DNA of 64,000 nt, from positions 278,256,001-278,320,000 of the forward strand of contig NW_027362761.1 of NCBI RefSeq assembly GCF_046119375.1, given 5' to 3'. Under the pieces are notes generated by a model, which had not been told where the DNA came from, ran no database searches, and saw only the letters and a program-made list of their open reading frames with translations. A program made the translations under genes and the position numbers. This DNA comes from Phyllobates terribilis. Its lineage: Eukaryota. How positions within the stretch are numbered: the stretch's first letter is position 1; each line of letters opens with the position of its first letter. Shown here piece by piece: positions 11,445 to 24,098 of the stretch.

Positions 11445-12787
11445 TTATGTTTAACAAAACAAGGGATACCCAAAACAATCGGAGTAGGAAGATTGTCCAG
11501 AACATAGCAAGGGATGATTTCACAATGAACTGACCCCACCCTCAGTTTTACATTATGTACAATCTGAGTAAATGCTTTCTGTGCAAGTGGCGCAGAGTCA
11601 ATGGCAAAGATGGGAATAGGCTCAGCTAAAGCACAGCAAGCATGACAATGAGTTTTCACAAACTCAGCATCAACCATGCTGACCCTGGCTCCACTGTCAA
11701 CAAACACAGAAATTGTTTCAATTTTGCTCTCTAGCATCACCTCTGCTGTCAGGACAAAGCAGGAACTGCAGTTTGGCCACAAATGCACCCCTTGTTTTTC
11801 CAACTCCAGACTACTGAGAGTTAATCGAGTCTCCTTTTGTTTAGGAATTGAAGGACAGGTCCCAACAAAGTGTCCCTTTCTCCCGCAAAAAAAAATATGT
11901 CTTTTTTCTTGTGAATCTCTGGCGAGAAGTATGATGTAGAGACCCCCCCTAACTGCATGGGTTCCTCCACCTTCCCCAGTACTGGTTCACCCCCAGACCC
12001 CTCCCCTGGCAAAGGTACACAACCCCGACAAGAAGGCCCTGGAGAAGGTTGGCGCTCTCATCTATCCCGAAGGCGTCTATCTAGATGTATGGCCAAAGAC
12101 ATGGCAACCTCCAAGGACTGAGGGGTTTCATATACAGCTAAGGCATCTTTCAACCTTTCAGTAAGTCCCTCACAAAATTGACTTCTAAGGGCTGAGTCAT
12201 TCCATTTGGAATCCGTTGCCTATCTACAGAATTCCAAACTGTACGTTTCCACTGACCGAATCCCTTGCTGAAGGTGACGTGGCCTAGAGTCAGCCAAGGT
12301 GACTCGGTCAGGGTCATCATAGATGAGGGCCAGAGCTCAAAAAAACCCTCTACAGATTGGAGACAAACCAAGTCTAGCGGTAACGAAAAAGCCCATGACT
12401 GAGGATCGCCCTGCAATAGAGAGATCACAATACCAACCCGTTGCTCCTCATTACCGGAGTAGTAGGGACGAAGTTTGAAATACAATTTGCATGCCTCCTT
12501 AAATACAAAAAACCTGTCCGGGAGGGCAACCTTGGGTTCAGATTGGACAGGCCTACCTGCAGAGACCCCTACATTGGCAGACCGTAACCGCTGAAACTGC
12601 TACTGAACATCACAGCGGAGGTCATTCACCTCCAGAGACAGACAGCGGAACTGCTCTGCGAGCTCTGCAACTGATCCCATACCAAGGGAGAAAGGGAAAA
12701 ATAAAAGTGGACACCCAAAAATACACAAAGAAAAAAAAAATGTCAGTTTTTTTTTTTTTTTCCTAAAACAAGCTTGGCTGGTTATAA

Positions 12788-13345
12788 TGTCAAGCCAGGT
12801 GTAGTGCAACACAGAGGGAAAAGGGAGACGGAGCCCAGACACTAGCGAAAGGGGGAAGTGGACACCTCCTACTCTGGTCTAGCGTCACCCTGTCTCAACT
12901 AACGTCCCTATATAGCCTCCTCAGCTATCGCCGCTCACGTGCCTCACCCTACTTTTCCGGGCGTAAGGCTTTGGCTAGGGATGGAAGGAGATTAACACTA
13001 GTCAACCTCCACTAAAACTCTAAAGACAACAAGGGTAGACAAAGCAGGGGGAAATTACTTAGCTTTAGATGAACTCCAAATGTGCACACAGCCTCAAGCT
13101 CCAGAGAGTACGAGGTACTGCTCCAGCTAAACTTCACAAGTAGAAATGAATATAACTGGCAACGACCTCTCAGACACACCACATATATATACACCCAGGC
13201 CAGAGAGCTAATTAGCAAGAGAGAGGTAGCCGCTTGGTCCTAAAGACAACCTCCTATCTAAGCAGCTGTCTGCAATGCCAAATGTAGAGATCTCCTGCAA
13301 CCCACTGCAGGGCGACTGTCTGTCACCTCTGACACACCCGTGACA
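12788..13345 (-). repeat. 5' LTR of outer Gypsy
   Basis: tgtcaagcc...cgtgaca; minus-strand TATA at ~13183-13191; homologous to 558-1088. Confidence 0.9.
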
Positions 13346-13388
13346 AGAGATACCTTCCAACTCTAACATTCTATGGCTCTATGATTCT
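13346..13388 (+). mobile_element. CR1 LINE 3' tail (right part of the split CR1)
   Basis: taccttccaactctaacattctatggctctatgattcta continues the sequence cut at 557; ATTCTATG-type tail repeats. Confidence 0.8.
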
Positions 13389-13524
13389 ACAACCAGATAA
13401 ACTGCATATGGTGCCTTTGGAAAGGTAGGATTGGCCAAGTTTGCATTCTTTTTTCCAGAGAGACAGATATTTCCAATCATTATAGAACATGTAATGGTAA
13501 TCTTTTAGTAGTAATCAAAAGGTA

Positions 13525-14155
13525 CCATATTTTTCGGACCATAGGACGTACTTTTTTTCCCCCAAATTTGGGAGGAAAATGGAGCTTACCTGATAGTTTG
13601 TGGTGGTGGTGGAGCAGGATCGCCAGGCCCTCCGTTCCCTCCCTCCATCAGGGACCCAGCGGTGGCAGCAGATGGTGAGATGCTGCGGGCCGGTGTGTGG
13701 CTGGGGGCCGTGGCCTGTGTCTGGCTGAGGGCCTGTGTCTGGCTGAGGGTCGGTGTGTGCAGCTTTCCTGTGTGAACGGCCATCTTCCTGAAGCTGTGAT
13801 CTACAGGAAAATGGCCAAGTGCATGTGCAGACTGGTAATTCGGGCAGCCATTTTCCTGTAGATCACAGCTTCAGGAAGATGGCCATGCACACCGGAAAGC
13901 CGCACACGCCGCTCTGCCACGCCACTCACCCCCCCCCAGCGAGACACCGCCTGTAGCCCCCAGTCAGACACTGGCCACAACCCCCAGCCAGACACCGGTC
14001 CCAGGCAACGGGCCTCAGACACCGGTCCCAGGCAACGGGCCTCAGACACCGGTCCCAGGCACCGGACCTCAGACACCGGTCCCAGGCACCGGAACTCAGA
14101 CAAAATTTGGGGTGCATCTTATGGTCCAGTGCATCTTATAGTCCGAAAAATACGG
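13525..14155. mobile_element. Non-autonomous Tc1/mariner-pogo (Tigger-like) MITE with internal 24-bp tandem repeats
   Basis: TA-flanked imperfect TIRs ccatatttttcggaccata / tatagtccgaaaaatacgg; repeats cagacaccggtcccaggca.cgg.cct at 13985-14101. Confidence 0.7.
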
Positions 14156-15076
14156 TACTTCATTACCGATATACATGAAATAAAATAACTTATTGGACAA
14201 GACTAATAACTGCATTAAACTCTTTCATCTTTGAATTCCTTTTTACATTGACCACCATTAAACATGCTTAGATATTATTCTCCGTTGTTTATTTTTTCAT
14301 ACTTTATTTCCTATGTTGTATAATATATAAAAGAGATACAAGCTTTATTCAGGTTTTTATCATATTCTATACACTGCCATTTCAGGAATACTGAAAGACT
14401 GTTTGGAGTTTCCTGTACTCGAACACTCACTATTATCATGGAAAATATTGTGATGAAATTGTTCATTTTAAATAAATGCAAAAAGGCAGCCCTTTAGGGC
14501 ATGTTCATGGATTTACTGTGGATTTTCTGTACAGATTTGTGAATGGAAAATCTGTACTGGAATACAGTAGCAGAATAAAGAGATTTCAACAAAGCTTATT
14601 CTCATGCTGCATACATTTTCTACATGAAAATTGACCTGCGTTGTGGAATTTTTAATCTGCAGCATGTCAACTCATGTCATGGAATAGTCTTAGGTTTGTT
14701 GTGAATTTTTGATTTTAATGGGGAAATGAAAATCCTCAATAAACCCCAACATCTGAGGATTTTGCAGAAGATTACTTGCGGATCTAGAATAAAAACTGAA
14801 AATCCTGAAAAAGGAAAAAAAAATTCAAATTTTAAAACAAGTATCCACTATATAGATTTAGCAAACTTTAGAAGAACAGATGGCTTACTTGGCTTCCAGC
14901 ATATTATAACATGTGCTATTACACTATTTGAGAATTGCAGAGGTTTAAATGCATGTTGGATTAGCAGCTGCTCTATTCCAAGAACATAGTCATTCCAAAT
15001 TAGCAACACAGCACAATAAAACTGTTAGCTTGGCACTTTTTTACTTCAGCATTAAAGTTCCCTGGTGCTTCTTTAA

Positions 15077-15740
15077 AGAAAACCTGTCACCAGGTTTGTT
15101 CCATATGAGATAAGACCACCACCTTTCAGCCCTCACGTACAGCATTCTAATATGCTGTATATATGCCCCTGATCCGGCTTGCAACAAAACAAAAACACCT
15201 TTTATTACATTCACCTGTGGGGTGGTCCGATCCAATGGGCGTTGCTGGTCTTGGTCCTGTGCCTCCCTTCTTTCAATGCTATCCTCCTTCTGTTCTTCAT
15301 GTGATAGATGGGTTCTATGTCATCCACAGTGTTTGCCGACATTGCACTCCTGTGTAGGCGTACTTTTCTACTCTGACTAGGGTAGAGTAAAGTACTGCAG
15401 TGAGCATGCACTGAGGCTCCTTGACCTTTCCCGGCACATACGCACTGCAGAACTTTGCTCTGCACTGGTCAGGGCAGAGAAGTACGCCTGTGCAGGAGCG
15501 CGATTCCGGGGACACTGTGTAGAACGCATCATCCACACAAAGCATAAAAGGAGGATTGCATAGAAAGAAAAAGGGAGGCACCGGACCAAGACCGCCCCGC
15601 AGGTGAGTATAATAAAAGGTGTTTTTCTTTTGTTGCAGGCCAGTTTGGGGGCATACATACAACATATTAGAACGCTGTATATGAGGGCTGAAAGGTGGTG
15701 GCCTTATCTCATATGGGACAAACCTAATGACAGGTTCCCT
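15077..15740. mobile_element. TTAA-target T2/Kolobok-type MITE
   Basis: TTAA flanks; termini agaaaacctgtca / tgacaggttccct; inverted-repeat arms of ~150 bp. Confidence 0.75.
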
Positions 15741-16114
15741 TTAATTCCATTGCCTGGTCTTCTGCTTGGCTTACAGGCTGTCTTAACTAATAACAGGCAG
15801 CAGAGGTCCCAATGGATAATACATCATCACAGGAGGCCAGATTGTTCACAGACTTACATTAGTTAGACGTGTCAAGAAAGCTTAAGAAGCACCAGAGAAT
15901 ATAATATTATACACACTTGGCAATTTTCTGCAGGAACATCAGCAGCCAGATTCACACATTTTGGTGTGAATTTGCACCTACAGATTTTCTGGGGTTTCTT
16001 GCAGATTGGAACATAATGTTTGGACATACCCTAATTGTGTATTAAAGCAGTACCTTATTCTCATGTATTTAGCCAAGTGTGATCCGTAAGCTTTTCATAT
16101 TTTATTTATTTCAG

Positions 16115-17304
16115 GCAAAAAGATGATCAAGATGTGAGTCGGCCAAGTTCTTCCCTGAGTTCTGGATCTAGAATTTATGGCAGCAATATGCTATCCTCAG
16201 AAAAAGAGAATACAAGTCCAGTGCTTAACACTGGAAATACAACTCCAACCCTTGGCAGAAGGCGACCCTCACCATTAGAAGAAAAGTTTTCACGTTCCTC
16301 ATCTGCTCTCTCTGAGTTTCTAGATGAAGTGAGAAAGAAAAGGACATCTGAAAAAGATCAGTCAACCCTAGTTATAGAGGAGACATCTTCACTGCCTATT
16401 TACCGAACAACAGGTGCTTCTTCCCTTAGAAGATGTACACGGCTTAATGATGATGACGAAGATTTTTCAGTTGCCCTCAGCAAGCTTTCTGATGAAAAGC
16501 CTATAACAGGTCAAGGATTAACACGTTCATCAAGTCTTCGTTGCTTGCCATCTGAAAAAGCTGACCCAACATTGTCACCTGCTGTGAAGCGCATGGCAAG
16601 ATTTGGTTCTTGTGAATCTCTTAACCAACCATCACAGGGTGTAGGTTTTAAGCAGGCATCTTCAGAATTAGAAGAAGATGGTGCCAGTTCTTCTTTAAGA
16701 CTAAGGCCGTGGCGACAGTGTCTTGAAACACCACTGGAAGAAGTTGTTGAAAACGATTTTGGGAAACAACCTCTTGTTTTCCAAAACAGGAGTTTTTCTA
16801 ATTTATCTGATATTGGAAAAGAAGAAAGCTCTTCAAACTGGAAAGTACCCAGTCTCAGCTTTGAAAGAAAATTAACTGATGATTCTGACGACATCCTCCC
16901 AGCTCTCAGAAGGTCACAATCAACTCAAAGTTTATCCAGAGCCTCCAGGGATAGAAGAGATGGTCAACGGCCACTCAGTGTTCATTTTGGTGATCTTCCA
17001 TCGCATGAACCAAGCCTTTCCACAGGGGGGTTGAAAAGTGTGTTAAAGAAAGGTTCAAGTTTTAGGGAAGATCTGGGAAATCTGTCTGATTCCTCATCAT
17101 CTTCTGGTTCTGTTTTATCATGCAAAAGTGCAGATAGTATTAAAAGTCGGCCCCGTGTACAAAGAGTGGATGGTGAAGGTTACTCAGCGAAACAAATGAC
17201 ATCAGAAAACTCAGAAGAAAATAATAGACCTGAAGCAGAAGGCAAGGAAGATGATGTAAATAGCATAATGAGAAAATATTTACGGAAAATTGATGAAGAA
17301 CAAG
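16115..17304 (+). CDS. MYO18B: Large 3' coding exon of myosin-XVIIIB (non-motor C-terminal tail)
   Basis: Acceptor ttttatttatttcag|G at 16114/16115 and donor AAG|GTAAAT at 17304/17305, open frame throughout. Motifs LPIYRTTGASSLRR, KQPLVFQNR, WKVPSLSFERK, LSDSSSSSGSVLSCKSADSIKSRP and DDVNSIMRKYL match my recollection of the vertebrate MYO18B C-terminus. If the donor is not used, the frame ends at TAA 17331-17333. Confidence 0.88.
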
Positions 17305-17597
17305 GTAAATCTACTGTCAAATGTAAAAACTAAATACTATTCCATTTAAAGTTTGTTACCTGCCTTAATTATTATTGTTCATTTGACATGGAATAAGTAT
17401 AACAGATAGTTAAATGAAAATCAAAGAACCATTGAAATTAAGTTACTTTAGTTTTCCATACAAAGAGATCTGCACTCAAGTTCCTTGACCAAAACTACTC
17501 AATAAACACTGAGATGTAATGCAGACACCAGAAGATCTCACTTTTGTGTACAAGAAAAAAATTAACATTTTTTCATAAATTTTGGTTCAGTGTGCCC

Positions 17598-18689
17598 CAG
17601 GACCATACATAGAATTTATGGGGCTTCATAGCAGAACTACTAATTTGCCCCCTCCCCCCCAAAAAAATAAAAAATAATATAATATCCAGCAGGGTGACAT
17701 AAGAGCATATCTCACAACATTGCAGCCTTTACAAAGTAATTTTGCCCCTATTGAAACCCCTTATGTTACCACGCACTAAGATACCCCTTTCATGACCCCC
17801 ATAAATTGTGATGCCAACAAAAGTGTCCTCCAAACAATGTAAGATACCCCCACAGTGAATACCTTCAAATTACCTTCCACTTGCACAGTAAGATGACCCT
17901 ACAGTACCCCTGCAAAGAATGATACCCCCACAGTGATCCCAACACAGTATGATAGCCCCCAGTGTACCCCATACACAGTATGATTGCCCTTACACAGCCT
18001 TCCACATAATGTGATTGCCCCCACATAGCCTTCCGGACAGTATGATGACCCTCCTTACAGTAAAAGGGCCCTCCATACAGTATAGTTGCTCTCTATGCAG
18101 TGTAGTGGCTTTACAGCCCTTCAAACAGTATAATGGCCCCCACATAACCCTCTAAAGAGTATAATGACCCCACATAGCCCTTCAAACAGTATAATGTCCT
18201 TCAAATTGTATTATTGGCCTCTAAATAGTATGATGGCCCCTCAAATAGTCTCACAAATTGTATGATAGCCCAACAAATAGGCCTCCAAATAGTATGATGG
18301 CCTCCCAAATAGCCCTCCAAATAGAATGATGGCCCAGACACAGCCCTCCAAATAGTATAATATCCCCCACAAAGTGCTCATTGATTTAACAAAAAATACT
18401 GACCTCTTCCCATTCCGTCACTGCTCCGGTCTCTGCAGTATGTGATCTGAAGCTCTGCATGCTTGGCACAGCAGGCACGATGTAGTGGCATCATCGTGCC
18501 TGCTGTACTGAGATGTCACAGGGAGAATGTTGGAGGAGGGAGCTGACATCTCGCTGGTTCACCATTGCTTTCAACAATATTTGCATCCAGGATGCAGATG
18601 CAGGTGAAAGTGTGATGCAGACCGGGCTCCGCCAACTCACAGGCCTAATAGTTGCCACGTAGTCTGTCGCTGTTCGTGGTATGCCACTG
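17598..18689. mobile_element. Non-autonomous hAT-type element with ~22-bp minisatellite
   Basis: 8-bp TSD gtgtgccc/gtgtaccc (7/8). Termini caggaccatac / gtatgccactg. Degenerate cccccacacagtatgatgg repeats at ~17740-18370. Confidence 0.7.
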
Positions 18690-21600
18690 GTGTACCCATT
18701 TTTACCATCAGTGTAGCATCCAAAACACAGGTAGAACATGCATGTGAAAAACAGAAGTCTGAATGAAGCCTTAGCAGCAGGATTTTATTTCAGGCCATAG
18801 TTGAAAAGCAGACATATTTTAGAATGTACTGTATAACAAAGGAAATAAAAATTTGTGATGTGCCAAGTCTTTGGTATAATAAAAAAAGGTTTAAAATTAA
18901 TATGATTAGCTTGCGAATAAAAAACATTAGGATAAATTCCCACATCTCAGATTTTTTGGAAATAAAATCTGTTCCTTTCAGAAATTTCTGCTATGAATTT
19001 TTCTCATCACCATTACCAGCCACCCTATTAAAGGTTCACTTAAAAAGTCAGCGATATTTCTTGTACGCAAAAAATGGATCAATTTTCATCTGTGTTTTTT
19101 TTTTATCAGATTTTAATCAGTGTTTGCTCAATGTGTCAGATTTTCCCATTAGAGTTTCAGCAGCTTTTTTTGCATGGGAGAAGTTTTCTCAAAAGTCTCC
19201 TATCAAATGAACATGACAATTGAACAGCACACAAAATGCACATGTATGGCAAATAAGTTCTTTCTGATTTTTTTGAGATCCATAGGCTTGCATTTTCAAT
19301 TTTGATCTTTGACTTGCAAAAGCAAATTGGAAGCCTTCTGATTTGCATCTGTGTTTCTTGGGCTCCTTTTGACTTGTAATCTTAAATGGGGGATTCTGAT
19401 CCACAAACATGGATTAGAAAAGGACATGGTCTAAGTTTCACCGATCTCACACATGGAATCATGTTTTTCATGGTTGATTTCACATAGATTTATGAAATGC
19501 TATGAAAAAAAGGGACACCATACAATCATGTCAAATGTATGCGTGAATGCAGCCTTAGAATTGCTTGCCTGACTGCCCTGTCCTAATTCTCTATCCTGGT
19601 GTTGTGAAAAGCAACTTTGTGAAAAGCAACACAGCTCCAAGAATGTATATCCTTAAGAAAGGGATTATAGTCATATTGTATAATAGAAGAGACCACAGTA
19701 CCAAAGAAGACAGAGGCATTAAGCTCTTGCTTCAAGTTATGCGTTTCTTAAGATATGCAAGAATTTACAGTTTCTGACTTCTTCGGTGCTGAAGTCTCTT
19801 TTATTATACTGCCACTGCATAGCCACGCCATCCACACATCTCCTGGCTGCACATTGTGTTTTATAGTGATAGACCGTACTGTTCATGCAACTGTTTTTTT
19901 CATCATTGCATCCAAGACAAAAGAGGGACTCATTGTTGAAGACGATAGACCTCCTTTCCAGCCTTCAGTCTATATCTGGAGATGACGTGGCCAACACTAT
20001 AAAGAGGACTTCATGAGGGAATGTCACACTGATCCTACTCCTAGTTTATGGTATAAAGGTGGCATAATGGACAGTTTCCGGATGCCTCTTTCGCAGTGGG
20101 CGTGTATTTCTTCTCGCTGAATGATGCTGACCATAAGCAGGCAACAACACGCTGGAGAAAGAAGAACATGCCCACATAGTAGCTTAGAACAAGTTTCTCA
20201 ATGTATATTTATAGACATGTTTTTTCTCCAGTTTGTTGCTGCCCAGTTATGATTGGTGAGCATCTTAAAGGTAGAAGAAGTATATGCCCCCTCCAGCTTG
20301 AACTTAACAAAAGTTAACTCATTAGGTGCCAAATAGTTTGATTGCTAATATGTCAGAGTGAGTTACAGACACTGGGAGATTGTGTTGCTGCTGTCTTGTG
20401 TTTATCTCCATACAGTACTCATTCACAGCTACACCGCTCAGCAGTGCTGTATAATGCCCTCCATACTGCTGCGGCTTCTTTCTGGTAGAACAAAGAGACA
20501 GGAGAACAGGTATCCCTCATGTCTTTGTGTTTTGTGTATGGGAAACATCATAGCAGATAGTCTCCACCCACCAGCTGAGAGACAACTGAAAAATAGAGAA
20601 ATAGCTTGTAGGGCGGAATTGATGAGCAAGTTATATAATCCCTAGAAACACTGTTGTTTCTCATATACACATGTCAGCGTTTTCTAGAAAGTTACCTGAA
20701 ATGATATGTACACTTTAAAACCACCACATCTTAAACACCCTTAGGTTTTTTTTCAGAATACCCATTATTAGAATTATCCATTATGAAAGCCTTTATATTA
20801 TAATTCATATATTGAGAACCAAACAACATCAGTTTCTGGTTTTGCTAAAGACATACACATCATAACAAGAAAATGGCATGCAGGTAAAGAGTGTGGCATA
20901 TTATAAAACCGACAATTTCACCATCACGGAAAACTTTAGAAAGAATATATGGCTCCATTATAAAGTGATTTTGTGTCTCACCTGACTGATATTTTCCATT
21001 TCTTGTCCATCTCATTAAATCTATTCATTATCTGCAGCAGGCTGACAAAAGCCATACTGCATGCCTCATTAGCCAACATTGAGTTCACTTACTTGGCAGA
21101 GGCTTCTGCAGGACTTGCATACACCCAAATACTAAAGGAGCTATAAAACGTATCCGATGTATATTATATTAATAGGTTCTGGAACAAAATGTCACACTCA
21201 ATTCTGTAAAGCTACAGCAGAAGATAAATAGTCAGGGTTCTTTGTTTGACGACACATTTTCAATTTTTTTCTTTTAACTCTATGTGCCATTTTTTCACAT
21301 AATAAAAATAAATGGAAATCTGTCTTTTAGGAAATCTATCTATCTTATCATGTTCTGCCTGTGTTTACTGAAAGGGTCTGTTGTTCTATAGCACCTAGGG
21401 AACTGCAAGATGTATGATGGTCATCCAAAGAAGCAATTTAAATTGGTTTCATTTGCCCATTCCATTACCCAACTACTCTATATTCCTCATTAATTTGCCG
21501 TCCTTTATCATTTACTTGAAGGGCAAGGTTGAGTTGACATTTGATGCATTGCGTTTTTATGCATACTATTTGTATCCTGCTAAATATTCCTCTTTGTTAC

Positions 21601-21849
21601 AGATTTTTCATTTCTTCCCTCATTAGCTCCTACCCTGTGGTTTCCATTACATTAACAGAAAAGTGACCTGTGTCCTATCCAGCTGCATTACTTTCAGTAT
21701 ATGTCAATCTGCTTGCTTATTTCCTTTCATGCTCCATTCTGTAGTGTGTAACTTTGCCATGCTATTTTTACATGTCATTGTTGACTATGTTGATCAAACT
21801 ATATATAGGCTAAAAGTACTTATAATAAATAACCAATAAATATAAAATT

Positions 21850-22385
21850 AAATGTAATTATTATACCAGCAGTCTATGCTATGTAGGCTGCCTTCTATAA
21901 GGGCTTTTTCTGATTGTATAGCAGTCAGGTTCCCTATAAATGCAGGGGGCTGTTTATAAACAGTCTGTCTTGAATGGACCACCTCCTGTGGACCAATGAG
22001 GTTAAAATAGAACTCTTTGGACACAGTGATAAAAGGAATGTGTGGAGACAAAAGGGCACAGAATTTCAGGAAAAGAACATCTCACCAACCATTAAGCATG
22101 GGGGTGGATCAATCATGCTTTGGGGTTGTGTTGCAGCCAATGGATTCAATGAAATTTCAACAAATACTTGATGCAAACATTACAACATATGTAAAAAAGC
22201 TGAAGTTGAAAAGAGGATGGCATCTGCAAATGGATAATGATCATAAACACACATCAAAATCCACAATAGACTACCTCAAAAGGGCAAATTGAAGATTTTA
22301 CAGGTATAACTAGGTGGCCAAATTTTTGCATAGGCCCATTTTCCTTTTTGTAATTTTTAAAATGTAAAAAATGATAATATACATA
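21850..22385 (+). mobile_element. Tc1-like relic A (internal/3' part; continues at 25640-25746 and 38132-38177)
   Basis: Fragments LWTNEVKIELFG, TIKHGGGSIMLWGC, QMDNDHKHTSK. The Tc1-type terminus ggggtgcccaaacttttacatgccactata is at 38148-38177. Confidence 0.7.
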
Positions 22386-22406
22386 TTATATGTATGTATG
22401 TACATA

Positions 22407-24035
22407 CAGCTCTGGCAAAAATTAAGAGACCACTGCACAGTTTTCTAAAAATCACCATCTCTGCATGTCTGACAGCCATTCCATTCCAGTGTCAGTTGAA
22501 TTCCAACCAAAGTACACCTCATTCTACTTAATGTGCTTCTGATTAAGTGATCACCTGAACCAAATCTTATGTAATGAGGGAAAGTATAAAAAACACTGCT
22601 GTGGTCTTCACAATCCTCTTGCAATAAGACACGCTGGATGGCAAAACAAGTGCTAGGAATAAACCAAAAGTAATTTGAATTAAAAAATAACTTTTAACCA
22701 TGCCAAAGGAGTTGAAAAGAAAAGTCTTGAGTGAGGAAAAGAAGGGTTCAATTCTGGCTTTACTAGCAGAGGGATAGAGGGATACAGTGAGCGTCATGTT
22801 GCCTTCATCCTTACAATTTCGAAGACGGCAGTCCATTACAACAAGGTCAAGCTGCAGACATTGGGGACAACAAAGCTACAGACCGGAAGGGGCAAAAGCG
22901 ACTCTCCACTGACCGGGATGACTGTCATCTTATTTGAATGTCACTCAGCAACCGCAGGATGACATCAAGTGACCTACGAAGGGAATGGCAAATGGCAGCT
23001 GGGGTGAAGTGCACGGCAAGAACAGTTCACAACAGGCTCCTAGAGGCAGGCCTCAAGTCATGTAAAGCTAGAAAAAAGCCTTCCATCAATGGGAAGCATA
23101 GGAGAGCCAGGCTGAAGTTTGCCAAAGACCATAAGGATTGGACCATAGAGGACTGGAGTAAGGTAATCTTCTCTGATGAGTTTAATTTTCTGCTTTGCCC
23201 AACACCTGGTCATCTTATGGTTAGACGGAGACCTGGAGAGGCATACAAGCCACAGTGTCTTACACCCACTGTGAAATTTGGAGGATCTGTGATGATCTGG
23301 GGATGCTTCAGCAAGGCTGGAATTGGGTAGGTTAATCTTTGCGAAGGACGTATGAATCAAGCCGCATACAAGGTTATCCTTGAAAAAATCTTGCTTCCTT
23401 CTGCTCAGGCAATGTTCCCCATCTCTGAGGACTGTTTTTTTCAGGAGGACAATGCCCTATGCCACACAGCTAGGTCAATCAATGTGTGGATGAAGGAGCA
23501 CCACATCAAGACCCTGTCATGGCCAGCCCAATCTCCAGACCTGAACCCCATTGATAACCTCTGGAATGTAATCAAGAGGAATATGGATAGTCACAAGCCA
23601 TCAAACAAAGAAGAACTGCTTAAATGTTTGCGCCAGGAGTGGCATAAGGTCACCCAAAAGCAGTGTGAAAGACTGGAGGAAAGCATGCCAAGACGCATGA
23701 AAGCTGTGATTAAAAATCATGGTTATTCCACCAGATATGGATTTCTGAACTCTTCCTGAGTTAAAACATGGGTATTGTTGTTTCTAAATGAATAAGAATT
23801 TGTTTTCTTTGCATTATTTGAGGTCTGAAAGCACTGTTTGTTTTTTATTATTTTGACGATTTCTCATTTGCTGCAAATAAATACAACATTTTTATTTTTG
23901 AATTTTCGGAGACATGTTGGCAGTAGTTTATAGAATAAAACAACAATGTACATTTTGCTCAAAAATATACCTATAAAGAGAAAAATTTGAGAAAATGAAA
24001 GTTTTGCAGTGGTCTCATAATTTTGTCCAGAGCTG
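22407..24035 (+). mobile_element. Full-length Tc1-like element B (DD34E-type, inactivated)
   Basis: TA-flanked TIRs cagctctggcaaaaattaagagaccactgca / tgcagtggtctcataattttgtccagagctg. Transposase fragments 22700-23759 (VIFSDE, EDNA..34 aa..D in place of E). Confidence 0.9.
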
Positions 24036-24056
24036 TATATATATATATACACAGTA

Positions 24057-24098
<42 letters not shown>

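Larger units (their letters stand above)
1110..12680 (-). pseudogene. Disrupted gag-pol of outer Gypsy: gag ~12680-11800, protease 11750-11450 plus 5356-5290, RT 5100-4290, RNase H 2960-2500, integrase 2570-1400, chromodomain 1360-1160
   Basis: ORF fragments 11291-11803, 4759-5091, 4589-4774, 4272-4553, 2848-3090, 2576-2818, 1954-2571, 1610-1855 and 886-1359 carry Gypsy pol motifs. CCHC knuckle (CFFCGRKGHFVGTC) at ~11860-11900. Many stops and frameshifts. Confidence 0.9.
558..13345 (-). mobile_element. Ty3/Gypsy chromovirus LTR retrotransposon (outer, degenerate), carrying two nested insertions
   Basis: Two related TG...CA LTRs (558-1088, 12788-13345). Polypurine tract next to the 3' LTR (1089-1104). 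Minus-strand gag, protease (FVDSGA), RT (VVVYLDD), RNase H (EVDA, ELLAIK), integrase and chromodomain (YLVHWKGYGPEE). Flanks GGAGG/AGAGA are an imperfect 5-bp TSD. Confidence 0.93.

Noticed and set aside
13801-14117. Repetitive peptide ORFs (CLGPVSEAR)n
   Set aside because: Translation of a 24-bp minisatellite in a MITE.
18690-20730. Possible Harbinger or T2 MITE ends (gaatgaagcc-tta at ~18770, gaatgcagcc-tta at ~19555, tgtacactttaa at ~20715)
   Set aside because: Could not pair the ends or identify TSDs confidently.
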